A stretch of DNA of 64,000 nucleotides, from positions 186,001 to 250,000 of the IMG/VR virus record IMGVR_UViG_3300020122_000238, one strand, 5' to 3'. Each line of letters opens with the position of its first letter. Position 1 is the first letter of the stretch. Under the pieces are notes generated by a model. The model was not told the origin of the DNA and did not search any database. It saw only the letters and a list, made by a program, of their open reading frames with translations. Position numbers and translations under genes: made by a program. Positions 54,241 to 61,583 of this stretch are shown piece after piece.

Positions 54241-54797
54241 AACGCTGGGATCCTGACATCGAGGATTACATCGACGAGACGAATGGCGAGGAGCCGGATA
54301 TCGAAGACGATATCCGCTTCAAGCTCGATATGGTCGAGATGATCCGTACCGAGTTGGGAGACAAGAAAGCAGCTTTGGCTCAAACCACGCTGAAGATCCC
54401 CGAGCTGGACTATTCTATGTCCTTCCACGTCGGGATGTGGCTGCGCCATGCTGAAGACGAAGTAACCAGAGTTCGTCTCGAAATATTGGAGGTTCGAGAC
54501 GAAACCTGTCTCGTCTACTGCGTCGGGTGGGAGGAGCCGACTGAGAAAACAAAGAAGATACTCTGTTGGTATAGAATATCTGAACCCCCCTCGACGGCTC
54601 TGCCATCTTGGGTGAAGCCGGGTGCGTACTTCGGCAGCAATTCTCGCAACAGATGGTGCATTCTTACCATCAAAGAGGGCATGTTCACAGCGAAGCGTAC
54701 ACGCGATCAGTACTTCGCCACCTGGACATCAGAGGACCTGTTCGACGAGTGCCGTCCCATCCTCACGGCATGGGAACAGCTCGACGACTTGGGATAG
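54237..54797 (+). CDS. hypothetical protein with C-terminal tag
   Basis: acidic N-terminus; ends LTAWEQLDDLG. Confidence 0.7.
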   Translation: MKRWDPDIEDYIDETNGEEPDIEDDIRFKLDMVEMIRTELGDKKAALAQTTLKIPELDYSMSFHVGMWLRHAEDEVTRVRLEILEVRDETCLVYCVGWEEPTEKTKKILCWYRISEPPSTALPSWVKPGAYFGSNSRNRWCILTIKEGMFTAKRTRDQYFATWTSEDLFDECRPILTAWEQLDDLG

Positions 54798-54799
54798 CT

Positions 54800-55105
54800 A
54801 TGGCTCGTTTCTGTACACACTTTTCCGATATCGACTGCTGTGATGTCCCTTGTTCAAGGCAAGGCTGTGGACACGAATGCTCGTACCACGAAGAGAAGTT
54901 GTGCATTGGCGTGGGTTGTACCTGCACAGCCTTCGACAACACCCCCGTTGTCCGAGATCACCATGCTGAGGACCTCAGCTTCATCCTGGAGCTGAGGACT
55001 GCGACCCCCGAGAAGCTCCGCGAGCTTGAGATCAACCTGCACTTTGGGGGTCCACAGTGGCAGCGCATCGCAGTTGAACGAGAAGTCTCAAAAAGATCGG
55101 TGTAG
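54800..55105 (+). CDS. Cys/His-rich protein
   Basis: CTH..DCCDVPC..GCGHEC.YH..C..VGCTC. Confidence 0.6.
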   Translation: MARFCTHFSDIDCCDVPCSRQGCGHECSYHEEKLCIGVGCTCTAFDNTPVVRDHHAEDLSFILELRTATPEKLRELEINLHFGGPQWQRIAVEREVSKRSV

Positions 55106-55114
55106 TCGCTCGGG

Positions 55115-55687
55115 ATGTTGACGAAGAAGATCCTGACGGCGACGAAGCATTACCTGAGCAAGACCCCCGAAGAGAACCGCGCCTATGGCCTGGTTACGGA
55201 TGGGAAGATCAACCCCGGCACCTTCCGCTTCATGCCGGTGCTGGCGTGGCTTCGCAAGAAGCCCGAGAGGAGCAGGATTGTCCTCTCGGGCTTCTTGCTG
55301 CGCATGACGGAAGGTGCTTTCGTGGGAGGCCTCGACTGGTCCATCCCGCTGAACCCGGAAACCGAGAACGACGCCGCGAACCTTCTCTCGTCCTTCGGGT
55401 GGGACAATCGAGTGTGGCCTTCAGACCCGGGCTGGCCCGACGATCTGCCGGATGAGGAACACACGCTGCACGGGATGCTCAAGAAGAAGGGCATCTTGGA
55501 GACGCTCACGTTCCCGCCGAAGGAATCGGGCAACAGGGTGATGACGCTTCATGTGCTGAAGGTGTCGAACCCCTTCCCGCTGCCGATCCTGGTTGCTGAT
55601 GAAGACCGTCAGGAGGTGGCCCCCGAGATGCTCTCGAAACTTCGAGAGCTGGTCGCCGACCCGAGCTGCTTCTCGCTGTCCTCCTAG
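55115..55687 (+). CDS. hypothetical protein
   Basis: 190 aa; GGTGTA (55099-55104) 10 nt upstream. Confidence 0.75.
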   Translation: MLTKKILTATKHYLSKTPEENRAYGLVTDGKINPGTFRFMPVLAWLRKKPERSRIVLSGFLLRMTEGAFVGGLDWSIPLNPETENDAANLLSSFGWDNRVWPSDPGWPDDLPDEEHTLHGMLKKKGILETLTFPPKESGNRVMTLHVLKVSNPFPLPILVADEDRQEVAPEMLSKLRELVADPSCFSLSS

Positions 55688-56277
55688 TCGTCCGCGAGAA
55701 GGTGCCCCCACGCGTTGTCAGGTCTACCTTTGGGCCCTCTCGTCCGAAGCAACCTGACAATGGGGAGATCGGCTGCCGCAGCCAGGGAATCATCCAGCTC
55801 CCTGGTTGCGATGGAGCACTGGTCGATGTGGTGCGCGGGATTTGAGATGTCCCGCACCGTGATGAGCCACACCCCCTTCTTCTTCTGAATGTAGACCCCA
55901 GCCCGCCAGGTGTTCATGACCTTCGTGTTGGGGTCTTGGGCTCCCGTGGCGACATCGAATGGCTCTGGGATCAAAGCCATCGTGTTCTCCGTCTCACGGT
56001 AGAGATGTTTCCCGAAGGGCCGTCGCGTGTACTCCGTGCTGATCTGGTTCAGCGGAATTTGAGTCTCATGGCAGACAGTATCCCACCGCGTAAGAATTCC
56101 CCCAGGCACGAGAGTGGTGATTGGCCCTGTAGTTCTTGACCCGTGGGGGGTCGTCAGGTCAGGCCGCCAGGTCACGATCCCATCAACCTCGGAGGTCTTC
56201 AGCGATCGAATCACAACATGACCGGGGCACATGTCCCCCAAAATCATGACAGGCTTCTGCATCAGGACAAGGATCAT
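55684..56277 (-). CDS. hypothetical protein with C-terminal tag
   Basis: ends DNAWGHLLADD; GGTGTA 10 nt upstream. Confidence 0.65.
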   Translation of the reverse strand: MILVLMQKPVMILGDMCPGHVVIRSLKTSEVDGIVTWRPDLTTPHGSRTTGPITTLVPGGILTRWDTVCHETQIPLNQISTEYTRRPFGKHLYRETENTMALIPEPFDVATGAQDPNTKVMNTWRAGVYIQKKKGVWLITVRDISNPAHHIDQCSIATRELDDSLAAAADLPIVRLLRTRGPKGRPDNAWGHLLADD

Positions 56278-56287
56278 CTTGAGGATC

Positions 56288-56301
56288 TACACCGCGGTGT
56301 A
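56288..56301. promoter_or_regulatory. palindromic back-to-back pair of class II motifs
   Basis: TACACCGCGGTGTA; ATGs at 56277 (-) and 56312 (+), each 10 nt away. Confidence 0.75.
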
Positions 56302-56311
56302 CTCTAGCGAC

Positions 56312-57031
56312 ATGGGATCGACCCCCAAAAAGACCCCTGTGAAGTACCACTCCTGGTGGACCGAGAAAGCCGTACCTCATCGGAACATGTTGATGGTGAG
56401 GTACGACTACGGGCACTCCAGGGTCGATAGATCCTTGTACGGATGTCTGGTCGTCGGAGACGACCAGACGCTCCTCTGGCTCAGCAGTGAGGAGATCCGG
56501 GAAAAGTGGAAGCCCTTCCGCGTACCCTTCTCGGCAGTTATTCCTCTGGGGGTGTGGCCCCAGTGGGTGACTCGACGAGATGTCCAATGGCACACAGCGC
56601 CAGACCATCCTCGGCGAATGACCATCGTCTCGTACAAGCCCAAGAGCTTCTGGCTTGCAACCACCACCGTGGTCGAGCCCTTCGAGGGCCCAAGATTCCA
56701 AGTCTACAGAGCAACGCAGAGTTTCAAGGTTGATCACGAGATGGTGCAATACGGGGACCATCTCACCCTCGATAGAGACTACAACGTGTGGACCGTGCGT
56801 AAGAAGAGCATCGCTCGGTTCTGCAACCGGGAGATCACAGCCTTCCTTGCTATGCAATACCTCATCCCCGTGATTCAACCGAGCGGGATGCCCTTCGATT
56901 GGAGCATTCAGAAGTTCACCACACGCTTCTGGAGTCTCCACACTTTCGCTCAGAACCATCGGCCTCTGATGCCCTCAAAACCGACCGCTTGGGACGTTGT
57001 GATGGCCGACGAATTCGAGGAAATGGTGTAG
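56312..57031 (+). CDS. hypothetical protein with C-terminal tag
   Basis: ends PTAWDVVMADEFEEMV. Confidence 0.7.
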   Translation: MGSTPKKTPVKYHSWWTEKAVPHRNMLMVRYDYGHSRVDRSLYGCLVVGDDQTLLWLSSEEIREKWKPFRVPFSAVIPLGVWPQWVTRRDVQWHTAPDHPRRMTIVSYKPKSFWLATTTVVEPFEGPRFQVYRATQSFKVDHEMVQYGDHLTLDRDYNVWTVRKKSIARFCNREITAFLAMQYLIPVIQPSGMPFDWSIQKFTTRFWSLHTFAQNHRPLMPSKPTAWDVVMADEFEEMV

Positions 57032-57040
57032 GTATAGCCC

Positions 57041-57586
57041 ATGGGAATCCTCGATCGTGTTGTGCGTCGCGTCTGTGAAAAAGTCTCCAAGTGGGCCCCT
57101 TCGTGGCGCATGATCACCCGAGGTGACAACGAGCCCTACCTGAAGAGGTACTACTTCTTCAGGCGTGAATGGGTTCTGGAATGGTTCGAGACTCAGGGTT
57201 GGGAGACCCCGAGGTTCGTGGCCAAGATCCCCTCGCTCTACCTTCACCATTTCGTGGCGGGGGATGATGAGGTCGAGCTGCACAACCATCCCTTCAAGAA
57301 GAGCCTCGCCCTCGTTCTGACGGGCGGGTATCACGAGGAACGTAAGGTGGGGAACGAGGTCCACAGCCGGATCGTCCCGCCCTGGTCCTTCAACCTCATC
57401 GACGCCAATACCTTCCACAAGGTGGAACTCCTCGACAAGGAGAAGGGCGCCTGGACCATCTTCCTTTCGGGAGAGCGTACCCAGCGCTGGGGTTTTTGGC
57501 ATCCGGAGACGTTCGAGTACGTCGACTGGGAAAACCATGTGGACGCCCGCCCCAACCCCGAGGCAAGGCTTCACCATGCCCCCTAG
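57041..57586 (+). CDS. cupin-like protein
   Basis: LYLHHF...D..LHNHPF..SLALVL.GGY.E...FHKV...WTIF. Confidence 0.65.
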   Translation: MGILDRVVRRVCEKVSKWAPSWRMITRGDNEPYLKRYYFFRREWVLEWFETQGWETPRFVAKIPSLYLHHFVAGDDEVELHNHPFKKSLALVLTGGYHEERKVGNEVHSRIVPPWSFNLIDANTFHKVELLDKEKGAWTIFLSGERTQRWGFWHPETFEYVDWENHVDARPNPEARLHHAP

Positions 57587-57908
57587 AATGTGGGCTGGGG
57601 GGCCCCTCTACCCTGACTGGTTGGTCATCAACCAACTCGTTGAGACGACGGCAAGACACCCAGGGATACGACAACAATCAGTCATTACCAGGATCACTGA
57701 CGGGTTGGTGTACGTCCGATCAAATACCGGCATCGGAGATATTTGGTATCGAGCAGAGCACTTCGTGGACGAATGGCGGGTGCTTCATACCCCCCTGAAG
57801 AACGATCTCGCTCCCGAGGACTACAGGTGGGAGCCCAAGCCTGTCGAGCCCCCCAAGCCCGCTCCGACGTGGCATGAGCTCCTCATTGACGATGACTTCG
57901 ACATCTAG
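57576..57908 (+). CDS. hypothetical protein with C-terminal tag
   Basis: ends PTWHELLIDDDFDI. Confidence 0.7.
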   Translation: MPPRMWAGGPLYPDWLVINQLVETTARHPGIRQQSVITRITDGLVYVRSNTGIGDIWYRAEHFVDEWRVLHTPLKNDLAPEDYRWEPKPVEPPKPAPTWHELLIDDDFDI

Positions 57909-57933
57909 TCGAAGTCATCGTCAATGAGGAGCT
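57877..57933. repeat. perfect 26-bp inverted repeat formed by the 3' ends of two convergent genes
   Basis: AGCTCCTCATTGACGATGACTTCGAC-ATCTA-GTCGAAGTCATCGTCAATGAGGAGCT. Confidence 0.95.
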
Positions 57934-58621
57934 GCTCCCAGGCAGTGGGCCAGAAGATGTGGACCCTGGGGGTGGCCGGAGGGGGAGGGGGCTGCGTCGG
58001 CACCCCGGGAAGGTACCTCCCCATCAGAGAGGGGGTCTCGGTCGGATCGAACTCCGGGACTTCAACTCGACGTCGCATGTTTTCCAAAGCCCGCGTGTTG
58101 AAGACCATGTCCCCAACGTGTTCGTGAGCCGTTAACCCCTCGCCGGAAATCCGATCCATGGCGTCGAAGACCCGCTGGTCCTCTTCCTCTCGAAGACGCT
58201 CTTGCGCGAACATCTCTCGTGTCCTCACAACATCCTGCCACACAGTATTAGGGGCAACCTGCACGAAGGAGGGCGTAAACTCCTCTCGGAAAACCGAGTA
58301 CCTGGGGTCAGGAGAGGGTTCTCCAATCCCGTAGACGTTGCGGAACGTTTCTTGGGAGACGCACAGATCCACGTGGACCATACGCTCCATGATCTCCATT
58401 TCCTCCGATAGGTTGAGGGATGAGGGCAGCAAAGGAAGCAACTGTATGGGGGGTGCCGGTAGGATGGGGAGCGCCGGTAGGACCGGTAGGATGGGGAGCG
58501 CCGGTAGGACCGGTAGGAGCCCCATCCTCCTGATCACTTCATTCGCACGCTCACGTATGTCTTGGAGCACCAGATGCTCCAGAACTCGCCGGATGAGAGG
58601 GACACCATCACGAGGGGGCAT
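57905..58621 (-). CDS. hypothetical Pro-rich protein with C-terminal tag
   Basis: ends PTAWEQLLIDDDFD; GGTGTA (58631-58636) 9 nt upstream. Confidence 0.65.
   Translation of the reverse strand: MPPRDGVPLIRRVLEHLVLQDIRERANEVIRRMGLLPVLPALPILPVLPALPILPAPPIQLLPLLPSSLNLSEEMEIMERMVHVDLCVSQETFRNVYGIGEPSPDPRYSVFREEFTPSFVQVAPNTVWQDVVRTREMFAQERLREEEDQRVFDAMDRISGEGLTAHEHVGDMVFNTRALENMRRRVEVPEFDPTETPSLMGRYLPGVPTQPPPPPATPRVHIFWPTAWEQLLIDDDFD
58456..58518. repeat. 27-bp tandem repeat (about 2.3 copies) encoding LPx repeats
   Basis: unit CCGGTAGGATGGGGAGCGCCGGTAGGA. Confidence 0.85.
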
Positions 58622-58662
58622 GGAGAGCCCTACACCACCTTTCCGCGGTGTAGGGCAGGAAG

Positions 58663-59136
58663 ATGGCTGACGAAGATCCGGATGATTTGAGCGCGGACTG
58701 GAAACTGATCGGAGGACCTCCGCCTCCTCCCGAAGAACCCCCTCCGATCAGTGCAACCGAAGCCATCGAGCGCATGGTGATGGCTTCGGTTCAGTACTTG
58801 GCCATCCTATCGGCAAGGGTGGAAAAGTCCCCATCCATCACCATACAGGTGCATCACAAGAAGGACGCAGAGGGGCAAATCGTCACGACCTGGTCTGCCC
58901 AATACCGCTCCGAGTCGAACCCAGCCATCAGCCTGGTCCCCAGTACGCAGTTCCCCACCATCGACGAAGCCGTTGAGAGCTTGCATAGCAACATGGCTAC
59001 CATGCTCTCGAATCAGTTGAGAGCATGGCAAAAAGAGGCGGCCTCGCACCAACAGCAGATGGAGGAGAAGTTCAAGATCGCTTCCTCCATCGCTACGATC
59101 TTGGGGAATTTAGGGGTTCCGCAGACGAAAGTCTAG
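58663..59136 (+). CDS. hypothetical protein with N-terminal acidic-W-polyPro tag
   Basis: MADEDPDDLSADWKLIGGPPPPPEEP; GGTGTA 10 nt upstream. Confidence 0.7.
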   Translation: MADEDPDDLSADWKLIGGPPPPPEEPPPISATEAIERMVMASVQYLAILSARVEKSPSITIQVHHKKDAEGQIVTTWSAQYRSESNPAISLVPSTQFPTIDEAVESLHSNMATMLSNQLRAWQKEAASHQQQMEEKFKIASSIATILGNLGVPQTKV

Positions 59137-59223
59137 CCTTACAGGCTACGTCTGTGTTACCCTCGCCTCGAAACCCTGCCAGATCAGCGCGATCTAGGGC
59201 AAAGCCGGTGTATAGGAGTACTC

Positions 59224-59649
59224 ATGAGCGAAGACCTGTATGATTTGGACAGCTATTGGGAGTTGAGGGTTCTACCTCCTCGGCCTCCCGAACCTGAGAT
59301 CGAAGCAGCGCCAGAACCCATTCAAGAACTCACTTTCACTCCGAGGGGAGTGTACTTGGGCCTATTCACAGCCCTACCCCAAGACACCAATGAGGGTGTG
59401 GAGCTTACCGATACCAGATACGCTCGCGCATCTGTGAATCCCAGATTCACATCAAACAGTAGGGGGGAATCGGTAGCTGAGATCACACACCGATTCCCCC
59501 CTATGAGCACTCCCGTGGTTGTGATGGGTGGGGGTCTTTGGGATGCCCCTGTGGGGGGCAATCTCCTCTACTTTTCAAGCCTAGCCGTGAATCTCCGCGT
59601 CGACCTCGGAATGAACGCGGAGATTCACCTCACCGTCTCTGCTGACTAG
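59224..59649 (+). CDS. tail-fibre-associated-like protein with N-terminal acidic-YW-Pro tag
   Basis: VYLGLFTALP...YARA...LWDAPVGGNLLY resembles a small family often annotated as phage tail fibre protein. Confidence 0.65.
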   Translation: MSEDLYDLDSYWELRVLPPRPPEPEIEAAPEPIQELTFTPRGVYLGLFTALPQDTNEGVELTDTRYARASVNPRFTSNSRGESVAEITHRFPPMSTPVVVMGGGLWDAPVGGNLLYFSSLAVNLRVDLGMNAEIHLTVSAD

Positions 59650-60035
59650 AGCTGTACCTTCACCTGAGCGTAAGCGAGCGCATCGGCCCAGCCCTCTTCG
59701 GAGGCGGGAAAGCGAGCGGAAGGACCCGGGGCCTCCGTGGCGTCACGAGAAGCCTTCTTAGGGTCTCGGAAGTGCGGGTCGATGGTCCGCCAGCGCATCG
59801 CATTCAGAGACGAGACGCCCAGATAGACGAGGACCTTCACCCCCTCGTAACTGCATGTCTTGCAGTTGGGGTAGGACACCTTGATGACGAGGTGCCGTCC
59901 AACCGCAACTGCGTCCACGATTGTGTAGTTCTTGGCGTCGGGTGTCTTGGGCACGGAGGAGTAGCTTTCGTAGGGGTCTCTGTAGTCCTTGTGGCTGCTA
60001 CAGCTCGGGTCATTGGCGCTGTGTCGACAGGTCAT
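59646..60035 (-). CDS. hypothetical phage-type protein
   Basis: NY.IV...G..LVIKVSYPNC..YEG.KVLVY...DPHF...ARF...GW. Confidence 0.7.
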   Translation of the reverse strand: MTCRHSANDPSCSSHKDYRDPYESYSSVPKTPDAKNYTIVDAVAVGRHLVIKVSYPNCKTCSYEGVKVLVYLGVSSLNAMRWRTIDPHFRDPKKASRDATEAPGPSARFPASEEGWADALAYAQVKVQL

Positions 60036-60059
60036 GGGCTCTCTTCAAGGGTAAGACGT

Positions 60060-60299
60060 TTAGACGTAACGTGGATCCCGCAAGTACGGAAACAGCTCTT
60101 GCATCGAACCAGGCTTGGCCGGAGGGAACCCTTCACCATCCGGCACCCCCAGCATCTTGCTGAAGTTCGGCTCGCCCGTTTCAGCCGCCATATCATTCAG
60201 GGTATCGGCGAAAGACGCTGCCAGATCCTCCGGAAGATCGGGGTTGGCGTCGATGGCCTTTTGTTCTGCGGGCGTCCAGTTCGTCGTCTTCATCGTCAC
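60060..60299 (-). CDS. hypothetical protein
   Basis: 79 aa coupled to the upstream gene. Confidence 0.6.
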   Translation of the reverse strand: MTMKTTNWTPAEQKAIDANPDLPEDLAASFADTLNDMAAETGEPNFSKMLGVPDGEGFPPAKPGSMQELFPYLRDPRYV

Positions 60300-61429
60300 T
60301 TCGCCGTGTTGCGCAGCTCGGTCGAGCTGATGTCCCAGCGGCCCGGGACGTCCTTGAACAGAAAGACAAGGATGTCGACGACATCCTTGTGGGCGTAGAT
60401 GATGTCACTGCCCGTCTTGTACTCACCCTTGACGAGCCGACCGAGCACGTAAAAGCGCGTGCAGTGGGCCGAGAACTCCTCCAGCAAGGGCGCGACTTCG
60501 ATGCCCCACTTGGGGTCGAGCATCGTCGCCAGGGTGTCCGCCCCGAGCACGAAGGCAGCACCCGGGAAGGCCTTCGCCTTGTCGAGGAAGAGCGGGTCGT
60601 TCTCCGACAAGAGGTAGTTACGCCCTCGCATCCCAGCCACCCGTTGCAACAGCTCCGGGACCGTGACAGGCGTCTTGTGGACCGGGTTGATGGTGGTCAT
60701 GTGGACCAACGTCTGGTAGAACCTGTAGGCGAGAAGATGCGCTTCCCGGCCCCCCTTCTCGTGCCCATCATGGAAGGGATTGAAGCTCCCCGGGTAGATA
60801 AGGGTCGTCAGGGGGTTGATGTCCGCAGCCGTTCCGCGCGTCCCATCCGCCTTGAAGTAGGGGTGAGCGAAGAGACGAGCCCGCGCTTTGTCCATGGCCT
60901 CGATGGGCTCGAACTTCACCCCGAGGATGTCGGGGTCGACCGGGAGGCCCATCGCTCGCGAGAGGATGTTCAACCCCATCGAATCGGCGATCATCCCGTC
61001 CACCGTGCGCTGCTCCCAGCCCACTCCTTTGGGGATGACAGCGGAGGCGATGTAGCAGCCCCCATCACCGAAGGCCGCGACGAAGATCCGGTGATCTCCC
61101 CGGTGCTCCCGAGTCGAAGCGACCGAAGCAGCGAGGCCAATCCCGATTGCCTTCGAGCCAGGCTTCACGGCCCGGAGGTACGCGGTCATGGCGAGGTCGA
61201 GCGCGATGTTCTCGTCGCAGTACTTCTCGGGGATGAATCCGAGATGGCGCGCGGTGGCCTCGGGCTCGTACGGGAAGCACGCTTCGATGAAGAAGTTAGA
61301 AATGCCCGGAGGAGCCCAGAGGCGGGACTGGACCCCTGCTCCGGCCCCCGTGGCGATGACGACGACCCGTGGAGCGTCAGCCCCAAGGTCGCGGAGGATT
61401 TCGATGTTGCGTGTGGTGTTGGTGCTCAT
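60296..61429 (-). CDS. CinA-like domain fused to a nicotinamide-nucleotide adenylyltransferase (NMNAT)-like domain
   Basis: YPGSFNPFHDGH (HxGH), FVLGADT, DISSTELR; N-terminal TGAG...GIGLAASVAS...RGDHRIFVA. Confidence 0.75.
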   Translation of the reverse strand: MSTNTTRNIEILRDLGADAPRVVVIATGAGAGVQSRLWAPPGISNFFIEACFPYEPEATARHLGFIPEKYCDENIALDLAMTAYLRAVKPGSKAIGIGLAASVASTREHRGDHRIFVAAFGDGGCYIASAVIPKGVGWEQRTVDGMIADSMGLNILSRAMGLPVDPDILGVKFEPIEAMDKARARLFAHPYFKADGTRGTAADINPLTTLIYPGSFNPFHDGHEKGGREAHLLAYRFYQTLVHMTTINPVHKTPVTVPELLQRVAGMRGRNYLLSENDPLFLDKAKAFPGAAFVLGADTLATMLDPKWGIEVAPLLEEFSAHCTRFYVLGRLVKGEYKTGSDIIYAHKDVVDILVFLFKDVPGRWDISSTELRNTAK

Positions 61430-61440
61430 GTTGTCGGCTC

Positions 61441-61466
61441 TACAAGACGAGAAAGCCACGGATCAA
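61441..61466 (-). promoter_or_regulatory. class I motif TTGATC-N16-TGTA
   Basis: 11 nt upstream of ATG 61429. Confidence 0.75.
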
Positions 61467-61583
61467 CCAGGATTCTCTTCGGGGTTGTGGGTCCCCACAG
61501 AGATCGGACCAGTGGCGTCGATGTAGCATAGCCTAACCTTCCAGGGCTTCCTTCTCCCGAAGGACATGGTGCTTTGGGGCACC

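Noticed and set aside
50524-58518. CRISPR-like arrays at the 18-bp and 27-bp repeats
   Set aside because: These are adjacent tandem copies without spacers, in frame within coding low-complexity regions. No cas genes are present.
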